Origin: Bacteroidota bacterium
GTDB taxonomy: Bacteria > Bacteroidota > Ignavibacteria > Ignavibacteriales > Ignavibacteriaceae
Direction of reading: 5' to 3'
DNA length: 64,000 nt
Assembly: GCA_021831685.1 (NCBI GenBank)
Contig: JAKBMG010000199.1
Span: 2,100-66,099 of the forward strand
The notes below the pieces were generated by a model, which was given only the letters and a program-made list of their open reading frames with translations, was not told the origin of the DNA and searched no databases. The position numbers were made by a program, and so were the translations under genes. This document shows, one piece after another, positions 29,164 through 38,329 of the stretch. Every line of letters starts with the position of its first letter. The stretch's first letter is position 1.

Positions 29164-30393
29164 TTAAACCAACTTTAAATAATCTTGAATTTCTTTTATC
29201 TCTTTACCTGATTTTATCTTTTTGTAATATTTTAAGGCGTTTTGAAGTAATTTTTTACTGTCTGATTTCATGCCCTTTTCTTTATACAAGACAGCAAGCT
29301 CAAATTCAGATTCCGATTGGTTAAGTTCATTTTTTAAATCTTTATTAATTCTTATACTCGTAAGGAGATAACCTTCGGCAAGAGAATAATTTTTAAGATT
29401 CCGTTGTATCATCCCCTTAATTTTATATGTGTCGGCGATCGATAATTTATCGTTTACCTGAAAACAAATTTCCAAAGCTTCATTTGCAAACGCTTCTGCA
29501 AGGTTAATTTCATTTAGCTTTGCATAAATAAATGCTTTGCCCGAGTAGGACATTCCAATTGATTGAATGTAATTAATTTTCTGAGCGTTAGAAATGCTTT
29601 TATCAAACTCACGTAGAGCTGCCTTGTAAGAATTTTTCTTTGTAAAAAGCATTCCGATATTGTGATGAATTTCGGCTATCCGCTTAATATTTCGAACCTT
29701 TTCAAAATTTAAAAGCGCTCTGTTGTAATAAGCAAAAGCTAAATTAAGATCGCCTTGAATGTTATTAATAATTCCAAGGTTTATTTCAATTTTTCCGATT
29801 AGGGAACTGTCGGTGTTTGAGTTTAAGAATGCAAGGCTTTTTTCAAAATGCATCTTAGCTTTTTTCAGGTCACCGAAATCTCCGTAAATTGTTCCCAAAA
29901 TATTTTCGCAATTTGCGGCGCCTTTTACATCATTTTGTTTTTTGAAAAGCGCCCTTGCCTTTTTAATATAACTTAAACTTAGTTGCCATAAAGCTTGACG
30001 GCTAAAAACATCTCCAAGAGCAAGTGCGGCATTTGCAGCAATTCCTTCAAAATTCTTTTTCCCTTTTGTTTCTTTTAATATTTTTTCGTGAATATAAACT
30101 GCCGATGGAAATTCCCCAGTTATAATAGTAAACTGCCCAACATGAAGAAGTAGCTCAAGAAATTTCACATTATCAAGTCTTGACTTAGCGAATGTCAAAA
30201 GCAAGTCAATTTTTGATTGAAGTTTAGATTGATTTATTTCTTCTACGTGGGACTTTATCCGGGTAGATTTTCCGGCGGAAGATTTCCTTTCCACAGAAAG
30301 TTTTTTTTTTATAACTGCAAAATCATTTTTATCTAAAAAATTTTTCAGTATTTCAGTTAGAAGATTATCTTCTCTATGGTCAGAAATTTTCAC
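29164..30393 (-). CDS. cytoplasmic tetratricopeptide-repeat protein
   Basis: Repeated TPR units (NILGTIYGDFGDLKKAKMHFEKSL, INLGIINNIQGDLNLAFAYYNRAL). No signal peptide. It lies upstream of the kinase on the same strand. Confidence 0.65.
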   Translation of the reverse strand: MKISDHREDNLLTEILKNFLDKNDFAVIKKKLSVERKSSAGKSTRIKSHVEEINQSKLQSKIDLLLTFAKSRLDNVKFLELLLHVGQFTIITGEFPSAVYIHEKILKETKGKKNFEGIAANAALALGDVFSRQALWQLSLSYIKKARALFKKQNDVKGAANCENILGTIYGDFGDLKKAKMHFEKSLAFLNSNTDSSLIGKIEINLGIINNIQGDLNLAFAYYNRALLNFEKVRNIKRIAEIHHNIGMLFTKKNSYKAALREFDKSISNAQKINYIQSIGMSYSGKAFIYAKLNEINLAEAFANEALEICFQVNDKLSIADTYKIKGMIQRNLKNYSLAEGYLLTSIRINKDLKNELNQSESEFELAVLYKEKGMKSDSKKLLQNALKYYKKIKSGKEIKEIQDYLKLV

Positions 30394-30542
30394 ATTCTTC
30401 CAATTATTTTAAGAGTAAAAAAAATTCTTTCGATAAAAATAACTCAACTTAAATTCCTAATCAATATACCAAATTACTTTACTTGTTGGTACTTATTGCT
30501 TCAAGATTTTTATAAAAATGAAATTCTATTCCACAATTAGTC

Positions 30543-31112
30543 TTATCTTATTATTTGTGAAATTTCTTTGAACTCATCGGTGCCGCTTACTGCAAGAAGT
30601 TCAAATAAAATTGCCTCTACGGTAGTAACTTCTGCACCGTGTTCTCTCATTCTTTTTAATGCAAATTTGCAATCGATTTCTTTCCTTGAAGAAACTGCAT
30701 CAGCGGCAACGTGCACCTGGAATCCGCTCGCTATTAAATCCAAAACTGTTTGCTGCACGCATACATGAGCTTCTATACCGGCGACAACGACCTGGGTAAT
30801 TTTATTGTCTTTTAGTCGCGTAAAAAAATTACCGGCTCCGAAACAGCTAAAACTCATTTTTTGGATTGCATTCAGCCCCTCAAGCTCTGCTAATAGCGGC
30901 GCCGTTGTTGAACCGAGTCCTTTCGGATATTGCTCCGTATAAAAAATAGGAACATTTAAAACTTTAAATCCTTTGATAAGTTTTGATGAATTTTTTACTA
31001 CCATTTCATGGTCTTTCATCACGGCAAGAATCTTTTCCTGGATGTCGATTAAAAGAAGAGCCGCACTATCGCGGATAAGAATTTTTTTATTTCGTTCAAT
31101 TATTCCTTCCAT
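30543..31112 (-). CDS. isochorismatase-family cysteine hydrolase
   Basis: ALLLIDIQ (catalytic Asp region) and VVAGIEAHVCVQQT (catalytic Cys), with the size typical of the family. Confidence 0.8.
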   Translation of the reverse strand: MEGIIERNKKILIRDSAALLLIDIQEKILAVMKDHEMVVKNSSKLIKGFKVLNVPIFYTEQYPKGLGSTTAPLLAELEGLNAIQKMSFSCFGAGNFFTRLKDNKITQVVVAGIEAHVCVQQTVLDLIASGFQVHVAADAVSSRKEIDCKFALKRMREHGAEVTTVEAILFELLAVSGTDEFKEISQIIR

Positions 31113-31130
31113 AACATCTCCAAAAATATT

Positions 31131-31967
31131 CTAATAAATTGGGTCCATTCCATATTTACCGCAAGCATACATCATTAGTATTGAGGCAAGATCTACTAGC
31201 GCCTTTTTTTGATCTTCATGATAAATTACAAGGTCATAAACTTCTGCTACAAATTGCATGTTGGTTAAAATTTTTTTTAGTTCCAGATATGTCGGGGTTC
31301 CATGCCAGTTGGCGACTTGTTTAATAAGAAGGTTCTCATGCCTTCTTAAAAATTCATTAAAGGAAATAGTTCTTTTAGAAATCGGAGTTCTTGGTCGGCA
31401 GATATTAATTAAATCGTTAAAGTAAGTATCCCATTTTTCAGCTAATTGTTTATTACGGTCACGCATTACGAAACGCGCTTTCTCTAAAGAAAATTTTGCT
31501 TTAGTTGATGTTTTAAATTTAGGTGTTAAAGCATAAGCGTCATAGCTTATATACCCTGTCTCTTGGTCAATATATTTCCATCGCTTTAAAAGCTGATTTT
31601 TAGTTAAAATAATAATTACTTTATCCAGACCGCTATCCACAACAATAAATTTATCCTGTTGTTCATTAATAACTGTAAACCAATGTTCCCAGTCATCAAC
31701 ACTAAGGATGCAGGGTAAACCTAACTTAAGGTGATCCTTCAAAGCTTTAATTGCTTCATCCGGAGTTTCGCGGCGGAAATATTTCATCTTGCAGTCAAAA
31801 GTTTTTGCGGCTTTTGCAAGTCCTATTTCATCCGTTCCATACCACCATGTGCTGCCTGCTTTTTTCCCGATTTCTCTTTCATTCTCAAATCTTCCAAGCA
31901 TAACTAATGCATATTTCAATGCAAACGGACCGCATTGGTATTTATAGGGTTGTGGATAAAAGCTCAT
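31131..31967 (-). CDS. papain-fold (C39-like) cysteine peptidase domain protein with an uncharacterised C-terminal helical domain
   Basis: The N-terminal ~135 aa carry YQCGPFALKYALVMLG (C39_2-type nucleophile motif CGPxxL), DDWEHWFTVI (His) and FIVVDSG (Asp). The C-terminal ~140 aa have no motif I recognise. Confidence 0.5.
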   Translation of the reverse strand: MSFYPQPYKYQCGPFALKYALVMLGRFENEREIGKKAGSTWWYGTDEIGLAKAAKTFDCKMKYFRRETPDEAIKALKDHLKLGLPCILSVDDWEHWFTVINEQQDKFIVVDSGLDKVIIILTKNQLLKRWKYIDQETGYISYDAYALTPKFKTSTKAKFSLEKARFVMRDRNKQLAEKWDTYFNDLINICRPRTPISKRTISFNEFLRRHENLLIKQVANWHGTPTYLELKKILTNMQFVAEVYDLVIYHEDQKKALVDLASILMMYACGKYGMDPIY

Positions 31968-32065
31968 AAATCTGTGATTTTTTATTTGAAAAGATAAAGA
32001 ATCATTTTGATTAAATCACTAATGAATTTTGTTAAAAAGCGATTTTTAACTATTTTTATTTTATT

Positions 32066-33121
32066 ATGAAATCAAAACTAAAAGTCGCTATAGTTTTTAA
32101 TGAGGCTAATCCCGATTTATACATTAAGCCGTTTGACGCCAGTTCAAAGGAATTAAATTTCATTCCTTTCTTTGAAGTAGAAAACCTTACTCCAGTTGAA
32201 GAATTCGAAATATTGGTAAAACGTCTTTGCTCATTTGGCTTTGATGCTTATTCTCTTAATATAAAAGACGATATAAGTTATCTGCTGAAAGACTTCAAAA
32301 AAAATAAACCTGATGTTGTCTTCAATTTTATAGAACTCTATAAAGAAAATTCCAGGCTTGAAATGAATGTGGTTGGTCTTTTAGACCTTCTTGGAATTCC
32401 TTACACCGGCGCTTCTCCCATTTCCTTGGCAAATTGCCAAAATAAAGTTCTTGCTAAAAGACTTCTTAACTCACACGGAATTGAGACTCCCAAGTTTATT
32501 CTTGTCAAAGAAATTCCTAAAAATTTTAACCACAATCTAAAATTCCCACTAATTGTAAAACCTGCTTTCGAAGATGCGAGTGTCGGAATTGAAAATGAAT
32601 CCATCGTTGAAAATAATAAACAGCTTAAAGATAGAATTAATCATGTAATAAATTCTTTTCAACAACCGGCTCTTGTTGAAGAATTTATTGACGGAAGAGA
32701 ACTTAACGTTGCAGTTTTTGGAGACGAAAATCCAGTCGCGCTTCCTATTAGTGAAATTGACTTTAGTAAGATGCCCGATCATTTATATAATATAGTTAGC
32801 TACCAGGCAAAGTGGGACCCTCTTCATGAAGCTTACCACAAAACAATCCCAAGCTGCCCCGCAAATCTTCCTTTAGAAATTGAATTAAAAGCAAAAGAAA
32901 TAGCTGTTGCTTCTTTCAAAACGATGGAATGCCGTGACTATGGAAGAGTTGATATGCGTTTGACAAAAAATAATGAAATTTTTGTGCTTGAAGTTAATCC
33001 TAATCCCGATTTAACCGAAGGCGCCGGCTTTATGCGTTCCTCCGAAGCGGCCGGTTATTCCTATGAGCAGGTTCTTGAAAAACTTATTTATTTCGCTTGG
33101 GCAAGAAAAAAATCAACCTAA
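32066..33121 (+). CDS. ATP-grasp ligase, D-Ala-D-Ala-ligase-like C-terminal domain, substrate unknown
   Basis: NKVLAKRLL...PLIVKPAFEDASVGI...LVEEFIDGRELNV...YGRVDMRL...VLEVNPNPDL matches the Ddl_C/ATP-grasp pattern. The N-terminus lacks the canonical Ddl GGxSxEHEVS motif, so this is probably not the cell-wall Ddl. Confidence 0.75.
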   Translation: MKSKLKVAIVFNEANPDLYIKPFDASSKELNFIPFFEVENLTPVEEFEILVKRLCSFGFDAYSLNIKDDISYLLKDFKKNKPDVVFNFIELYKENSRLEMNVVGLLDLLGIPYTGASPISLANCQNKVLAKRLLNSHGIETPKFILVKEIPKNFNHNLKFPLIVKPAFEDASVGIENESIVENNKQLKDRINHVINSFQQPALVEEFIDGRELNVAVFGDENPVALPISEIDFSKMPDHLYNIVSYQAKWDPLHEAYHKTIPSCPANLPLEIELKAKEIAVASFKTMECRDYGRVDMRLTKNNEIFVLEVNPNPDLTEGAGFMRSSEAAGYSYEQVLEKLIYFAWARKKST

Positions 33122-33136
33122 TAAAGGAATATTATA

Positions 33137-34372
33137 ATGAATGATAAGAAAAAAGAATTGACAACAAAAATTCTCAACCTCACCGTTCTTGTTTCAGCCC
33201 TTGGTTATTTTGTAGATATTTATGATTTATTGATTTTCGGAATTGTCCGCATTCCCAGTTTAAAATATTTGGGCTTACACGGAAACCAGCTAATCGATTC
33301 CGGTGTATTTCTTCTTAATATGCAAATGGGCGGAATGCTTATCGGTGGAATAATTTGGGGAATTTGGGGCGATAAAAAGGGGCGAATCTCTGTTCTATTT
33401 GGCTCTATCTTCCTTTATTCAGTTGCAAATTTTCTTAACGCTTTCGTATCTTCAATCGGAATGTATGCTGGCTTAAGATTTTTAGCCGGCATTGGATTAG
33501 CCGGTGAACTTGGTGCCGCTATTACTCTTGTTAGCGAAGTCATGACCAAAGAAACCCGCGGCTACGGTACTACTATGGTTGCAACAATCGGAGTAATGGG
33601 TGCAATTCTTGGCGGAATAATCGGAGATGTTTTCTCATGGCAAACAGCTTATATAATCGGTGCTGTACTCGGAATAATATTATTGATTACCAGAATAAGC
33701 CTTTTTGAATCCGGTATGTACAACTCTATTAAAGCTTCAGCTGTAAAGAAAGGAAAATTCTTTAGCTTATTTAATTCTAAAGATAGATTTTTAAGATATG
33801 CAAACTCTATCTTGATCGGCTTGCCAAATTGGTTTGTAATTGGGATACTAATCACTTTTTCTCCGGAATTTGCAAAAGCCCTTGGCGTCACAGGTCAAAT
33901 AAATGCCGGGAACGCAATTCTTTTTTCTTACCTAGGATTAACCATCGGTGATTTTGCAAGCGGCTTTCTAAGCCAAATTTTGAAAAGCAGGAAAAAAGCA
34001 ATATTAATTTTTGTATCATTAACTGCTTTTTTATCACTAATTTATTTATTTACACACAACTTAAATCCGACTGAATTTTACATCTTATGCACTTTGATAG
34101 GTATTGCAAATGGATACTGGGCTGTCTTCGTTATGTCTGCTTCCGAACAGTTTGGAACAAATCTAAGAGCAACTGTTACCACAACGGTTCCAAATTTTAT
34201 TCGGGGTTCCGTAATACCAATAACGCTTGCATTTAATTTTTTACGGTTGCCGCTTGGGATGATTTATTCCGCGGTAATTGTAGGAATAATAGTTTTTATT
34301 ATTTCATTTATTTCTCTTTATTTCTTAAGAGAAACTTACGGCGTAGACCTTGATTATATAGAAAATATTTAA
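33137..34372 (+). CDS. MFS transporter
   Basis: Twelve predicted hydrophobic segments and the MFS loop motif GIWGDKKGR between TM2 and TM3. The start is 16 nt after the ATP-grasp gene stop. Confidence 0.8.
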   Translation: MNDKKKELTTKILNLTVLVSALGYFVDIYDLLIFGIVRIPSLKYLGLHGNQLIDSGVFLLNMQMGGMLIGGIIWGIWGDKKGRISVLFGSIFLYSVANFLNAFVSSIGMYAGLRFLAGIGLAGELGAAITLVSEVMTKETRGYGTTMVATIGVMGAILGGIIGDVFSWQTAYIIGAVLGIILLITRISLFESGMYNSIKASAVKKGKFFSLFNSKDRFLRYANSILIGLPNWFVIGILITFSPEFAKALGVTGQINAGNAILFSYLGLTIGDFASGFLSQILKSRKKAILIFVSLTAFLSLIYLFTHNLNPTEFYILCTLIGIANGYWAVFVMSASEQFGTNLRATVTTTVPNFIRGSVIPITLAFNFLRLPLGMIYSAVIVGIIVFIISFISLYFLRETYGVDLDYIENI

Positions 34373-34398
34373 CCTTACTAAATTCGGAAAATACTTTT

Positions 34399-35046
34399 AT
34401 GGAATTCATAAAAACTGCTGTTGATCTTTTCCTGCATCTTGATGTTCAGTTAAATGATGTTATTATTCAATATGGAACTTTAACTTATGCTATTCTGTTT
34501 GCGGTAATCTTTGCGGAAACAGGATTTGTCTTAACTCCGTTTCTTCCAGGCGATTCGCTTTTATTTGTTGCCGGAACTTTTGCTGCAAGAGGTTCTTTGA
34601 ACGAGAATTACCTCTTCTTAATCCTTGCTCTCGCTGCCATAGTTGGAGATACTGTAAATTATTGGATCGGACATTTAATAAGCCCAAAAATATTTCATCA
34701 AGAAAAAATAAAATTTCTAAAGAAAGAGTACCTTGAGAGGACACACCAGTTTTTTGAAAAGTACGGCGGTAAAACAATCATTCTTGCCCGATTTATTCCT
34801 ATCATTAGGACATTTGCACCATTTGTCGCCGGGATCGGAAGTATGACATATCCAAAATTTATATTGTACAATATTATCGGTGCTGCTGCCTGGGTTGCAC
34901 TTTTAGTATACTCCGGATTTTACTTTGGCAATATCCAATTTATAAAAGATAATTTTTCATTTGTAATAATTGCAATTATCGTTATTTCAACACTCCCTGG
35001 AATTTTCGAATATTTGAGACAAAGAAAAAATTCAGCTAAAAGATAA
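34399..35046 (+). CDS. DedA family membrane protein
   Basis: FLPGDSLLFVAG, GxxxGDTVNYWIG and ILARFIPIIRTFAPFVAG, the DedA/SNARE-associated signature motifs. Confidence 0.85.
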   Translation: MEFIKTAVDLFLHLDVQLNDVIIQYGTLTYAILFAVIFAETGFVLTPFLPGDSLLFVAGTFAARGSLNENYLFLILALAAIVGDTVNYWIGHLISPKIFHQEKIKFLKKEYLERTHQFFEKYGGKTIILARFIPIIRTFAPFVAGIGSMTYPKFILYNIIGAAAWVALLVYSGFYFGNIQFIKDNFSFVIIAIIVISTLPGIFEYLRQRKNSAKR

Positions 35047-35049
35047 CTT

Positions 35050-35246
35050 TTACTGGGGTTTAATATTTCTCAGTCTTTCTTTGCCAAAATTGTCACACCC
35101 TGGTCTCTTTTTCCTCTGTTTTTTGCCTAAATTTTCCCCATTTCTACCAGGCTTCTAACAAGCCTATGACAAGCCTCCACCAAGCCCATAATTCTTATCT
35201 AAAAATTGCAGAAAAAATAGTGTGACAAAAATGACAAAAACTCATC
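35050..35246 (+). repeat. dispersed intergenic repeat, copy B (boundaries approximate)
   Basis: CCAAAATTGTCACAC (35084-35098), a polypyrimidine tract, AGGCTT (35149-35154), then AAGCCT/AAGCCT/AAGCCC at 35160, 35171 and 35182 (11-bp phase), and terminal GTGTGACAAAAATGACA (35220-35236). It begins just after the DedA stop. Confidence 0.8.
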
Positions 35247-35416
35247 CGTACATCCTTGAGTCTCATACAAAAACCAAATTAGCGGCTTGCTGTGCTATGA
35301 ACTTTTAATATTAAATTTTTATCATACTATGGGCTTCTTAGAGCGGTACACAAACAAATGATCGAAAACAAAATTAAATCGTTTATCCCCTCAGAAAATC
35401 AAACAGATCACCAGTA

Positions 35417-35459
35417 AAAGAAAACGGCTATTCAAAAATATTGAATAGCCGTTTTCTTT
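35417..35459 (-). terminator. rho-independent terminator (TPM gene)
   Basis: AAAGAAAACGGCTATTCAA-aaat-ATTGAATAGCCGTTTTCTTT, a long perfect hairpin about 20 nt downstream of the minus-strand stop at 35480. Confidence 0.75.
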
Positions 35460-35479
35460 AAGATTCTGAAAATGATTAG

Positions 35480-35935
35480 TTAATCAATAATTATTTCGTT
35501 AGAAATTTCATCCATATCGTCCGGCTTAACCGGGAAATGTTCACTTAAAATATTACCCACCCTTTGAACACCGTGAATAATCCCTTTACTGAATTCGCCT
35601 GCTAAAAACATTTTCTGCATTTCATCTTTGATAGCATCCCAAGTATTTTCGGGTACTTTCTCGTTTATACCTGTATCTGCCATTATAAAAAATTGTCTTC
35701 TTGGAAGTAAAACGAAAATTAATATCCCTGTTTTGTCTCTCGTCTTATTAACTCCAAGCCGGACAAATTCTTTTTCGGCAAGAGCATGAATGGGTTTGTT
35801 TCGTTGAAGAAAATGAAGATGTTCTTTAACGGCAACGCAAATTTCACCCGCAGTAGTTTTTTCAACTTCTCTAATCCGATTCGAGATACGAAGCATCTCG
35901 TCGTCAGAAATGAAATGATAAATTAGACCTTGCAT
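35480..35935 (-). CDS. TPM-domain (TLP18.3/Psb32/MOLO-1-type) protein
   Basis: ISNRIREVEKTTAGEICVAV...KTRDKTGILIFVLLPRRQFFIMADTGINEK follows the TPM-domain pattern. No signal peptide is visible. Confidence 0.65.
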   Translation of the reverse strand: MQGLIYHFISDDEMLRISNRIREVEKTTAGEICVAVKEHLHFLQRNKPIHALAEKEFVRLGVNKTRDKTGILIFVLLPRRQFFIMADTGINEKVPENTWDAIKDEMQKMFLAGEFSKGIIHGVQRVGNILSEHFPVKPDDMDEISNEIIID

Positions 35936-36032
35936 CTTTTTCCTAATCTTTATAAAGAAAAGTAAAGAAGAAGAGAGAATATTACAAGTGAAGAAATAAT
36001 TTATTATCTTGCATTAGTTCATAAAACATTTT

Positions 36033-36145
36033 TACGGTGTCCCGGTCGTAACGGGAATTATAGGGAATTCGGTGAAATTCCGGAACTGACGCGCAACTGT
36101 GATAAACAAATTAATTATTTGTTTTAAGCCAGGAGACCTGCCGTA
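36033..36145 (+). promoter_or_regulatory. cobalamin (B12) riboswitch aptamer
   Basis: P1 pairs TACGG (36033-36037) with CCGTA (36141-36145). Also present are a CCCGgtcgtaaCGGG hairpin, conserved TAGGGAA and GGTGAAATTCC (36071-36081), and the B12 box AGCCAGGAGACCTGCC (36127-36142). It lies 127 nt upstream of btuB. Confidence 0.88.
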
Positions 36146-36271
36146 GAATAATTATAATCAACCTTCGCGGGCGAGGTTAGGTTAAAGAAAATGCAACCTT
36201 ATTTGGTTTCTGTTTTCTTTATCTCCCCACGAAGTTACAACCTTAATCAATAATTCATAGGAGTAACTTCA

Positions 36272-38212
36272 ATGTATCTCAAAAAAATTCTTTTGCCTTT
36301 GGCAGTTCTCATTCTTTTTTTTCCAATCTTATCTGTTGCACAGCAGAGTGATTCATCAAAAATTTTTCGTATGTCTGAAGTTGTTGTAACAGCAACCAGG
36401 ACTAAAATTCCGGCAATTGAAGCAGCTAGTTCTATAACAGTTATTGACTCAACTGAAATTGCAGCGTTAAACAAACGAAGTGTGTTTGGTTTACTGAAAG
36501 ATCAATACGGAGTAAGTTATACGCAGCAAGGAGCGCCAGGTTCTCTTTCTTATGTTTACTTACGAGGTGCTGATCCCGGACAGACGTTAGTTCTTTTAGA
36601 TGGCATAGCCCTCAACATGACTAATGATCCCGACAATACTTACGACTTTGCAAATCTTCCTGTTGAAAATATTGAACGAATAGAAATTTTAAGAGGCCCT
36701 CAAAGCACTCTTTATGGTTCCAATGCCCTTGGCGGTGTAATAAACATTATTACAAAAGAAGGTTCCGGCAAACCAAAATTTTTCCTTTCAGCAGAAGGTG
36801 GCTCATATAACAGTTACAATGCAGATGCCGGTTTTGATGGAAGCTTGGATAAATTTAATTACTCACTAACTTACAGTAGATTTAAGAGTGACGGATTTTC
36901 TTCCGCCTCTTCTAAATATGGCAATACAGAAAAAGACGGAACTTCAAATTATAATATCTCATCGAGATTCGGAGAGACATTCTCATCAAATTTTAACCTT
37001 AATTTTTTCGCCCATTTTACAAAAGCCCAAACTGCATTAGATCAGCACGGAGGCTTCGAAGGTGATGATCCGACTTTCGTTTACAACACCGAGGAACAAT
37101 CTTATCGCACCGTGGGAGACCTTTCATTGCTGGGTGGAATATGGGACCAAACATTTAGCGTTTCATTTTATAGAAACGTCCGAAAGTACAATTTCGATTC
37201 TACTCTTTTTAATCCCGCTTCATCAAACAGTCTTTATGACGGAAATAAAATTGATTTAAACTGGCAAAATAATCTTAAACTCTCAAACAATTTAATTTCT
37301 CTAGGTGTTGATAAAGAAAAGGAAATAGCTATCTCTGATTATTTTTACAATTCATCTGTATACGGAAATTTTAACAGCATATTTCCTCAAAACAGTGCAA
37401 CAACATTTGGAATATATATTCAAGACCAGCTAAACGAAGGAAAAAGTTTTTTCAGCTCATTCGGAGTTAGGTATGATAAACACAGCCGCTTCGGCTCGGT
37501 GATAACTTATAGAATCGCACCGACATATGTTTTTTGGAAAACTGGAACAAAAATCAAAGCTACCTTCGGTACCGGCTTCAAGGCACCTTCACTCTTTTAT
37601 TTGTTTGACCCTGCTTACGGCAATATAAATTTGAAACCTGAAAAAAGCACAGGCTGGGATGTGGGGATCGAACAATTTCTATTTCAAGACAAATTAGACG
37701 CAGGCTTAAATTATTTTGATAATTCTTTTACTGATCTTTTCGGATTCGATAACAATTTCAGGACTATTAATGTGGATAAGGCGGAAACAAAAGGAGTTGA
37801 GTTTTATGTCTCTGCAAAGCTACCAGAAAATATAGATTTGAAATTCAATTACACTTACACGGATGCCAAAGATCTTAGTAATAATTCTCCGGACAAAAAT
37901 CTTCCTCTTCTAAGACGACCGAAAAATAAATTAGGCTTTAATGCCGATTACAATTTCCTTGAGAAAGTCAATGCTAACATAGAAATCATTTACGTCGGGG
38001 AAAGAGATGATAAAGATTTCAACCAGTATCCCGTTCCAAGAGTAAAACTACCGGATTATACATTAGTAAACTTATCAGCTTCTTATAATTTTACCAAAGT
38101 AGTACAATTTTACGGAAGAATAGATAATCTTTTCAATAAATATTATGAAGATGTTCTTGGATACGCAACGCCGGGACAATCGGAATACCTTGGAATAAAG
38201 CTTAACTTTTAA
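36272..38212 (+). CDS. btuB: TonB-dependent receptor, vitamin B12 transporter BtuB-like
   Basis: Signal peptide, TonB box region (MSEVVVTATR), plug domain (IEILRGPQSTLYGSNALGGVINIITK), a 22-strand-type barrel and a C-terminal aromatic residue (LGIKLNF). A B12 riboswitch lies upstream. Confidence 0.88.
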   Translation: MYLKKILLPLAVLILFFPILSVAQQSDSSKIFRMSEVVVTATRTKIPAIEAASSITVIDSTEIAALNKRSVFGLLKDQYGVSYTQQGAPGSLSYVYLRGADPGQTLVLLDGIALNMTNDPDNTYDFANLPVENIERIEILRGPQSTLYGSNALGGVINIITKEGSGKPKFFLSAEGGSYNSYNADAGFDGSLDKFNYSLTYSRFKSDGFSSASSKYGNTEKDGTSNYNISSRFGETFSSNFNLNFFAHFTKAQTALDQHGGFEGDDPTFVYNTEEQSYRTVGDLSLLGGIWDQTFSVSFYRNVRKYNFDSTLFNPASSNSLYDGNKIDLNWQNNLKLSNNLISLGVDKEKEIAISDYFYNSSVYGNFNSIFPQNSATTFGIYIQDQLNEGKSFFSSFGVRYDKHSRFGSVITYRIAPTYVFWKTGTKIKATFGTGFKAPSLFYLFDPAYGNINLKPEKSTGWDVGIEQFLFQDKLDAGLNYFDNSFTDLFGFDNNFRTINVDKAETKGVEFYVSAKLPENIDLKFNYTYTDAKDLSNNSPDKNLPLLRRPKNKLGFNADYNFLEKVNANIEIIYVGERDDKDFNQYPVPRVKLPDYTLVNLSASYNFTKVVQFYGRIDNLFNKYYEDVLGYATPGQSEYLGIKLNF

Positions 38213-38329
38213 GATATTCATAAATCTTTTGAATAGCACTGAAATTATTGCTATTTTAATTTCACTGAATTACAATTAGATTTTTTTATATGAAATCAAC
38301 ATATTTTAATTTTTATCAAGGAACATAAA

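Noticed and set aside
30301-30310. A T10 homopolymer (A10 on the coding strand, encoding IKKKL) near the 5' end of the TPR gene, considered as a possible phase-variation tract.
   Set aside because: Lys-coding A-runs are common in an AT-rich genome. The gene is intact here and nothing in a single sequence indicates length heterogeneity.
31968-32065. A 15-codon uORF (MNFVKKRFLTIFILL*) whose stop overlaps the ATP-grasp start codon, considered as a possible graspetide-type RiPP precursor.
   Set aside because: The peptide has no Thr/Ser plus Asp/Glu core for ATP-grasp macrocyclisation. The ligase is Ddl-like rather than MdnB/C-like. Such short ORFs arise easily in AT-rich leaders.
36161-36235. 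An intrinsic terminator as the expression platform of the B12 riboswitch.
   Set aside because: Only a short GC hairpin without a following U-tract and a weak AAAGAAAA/TTTTCTTT pairing are present. I cannot support a terminator call, so the mechanism is left open.
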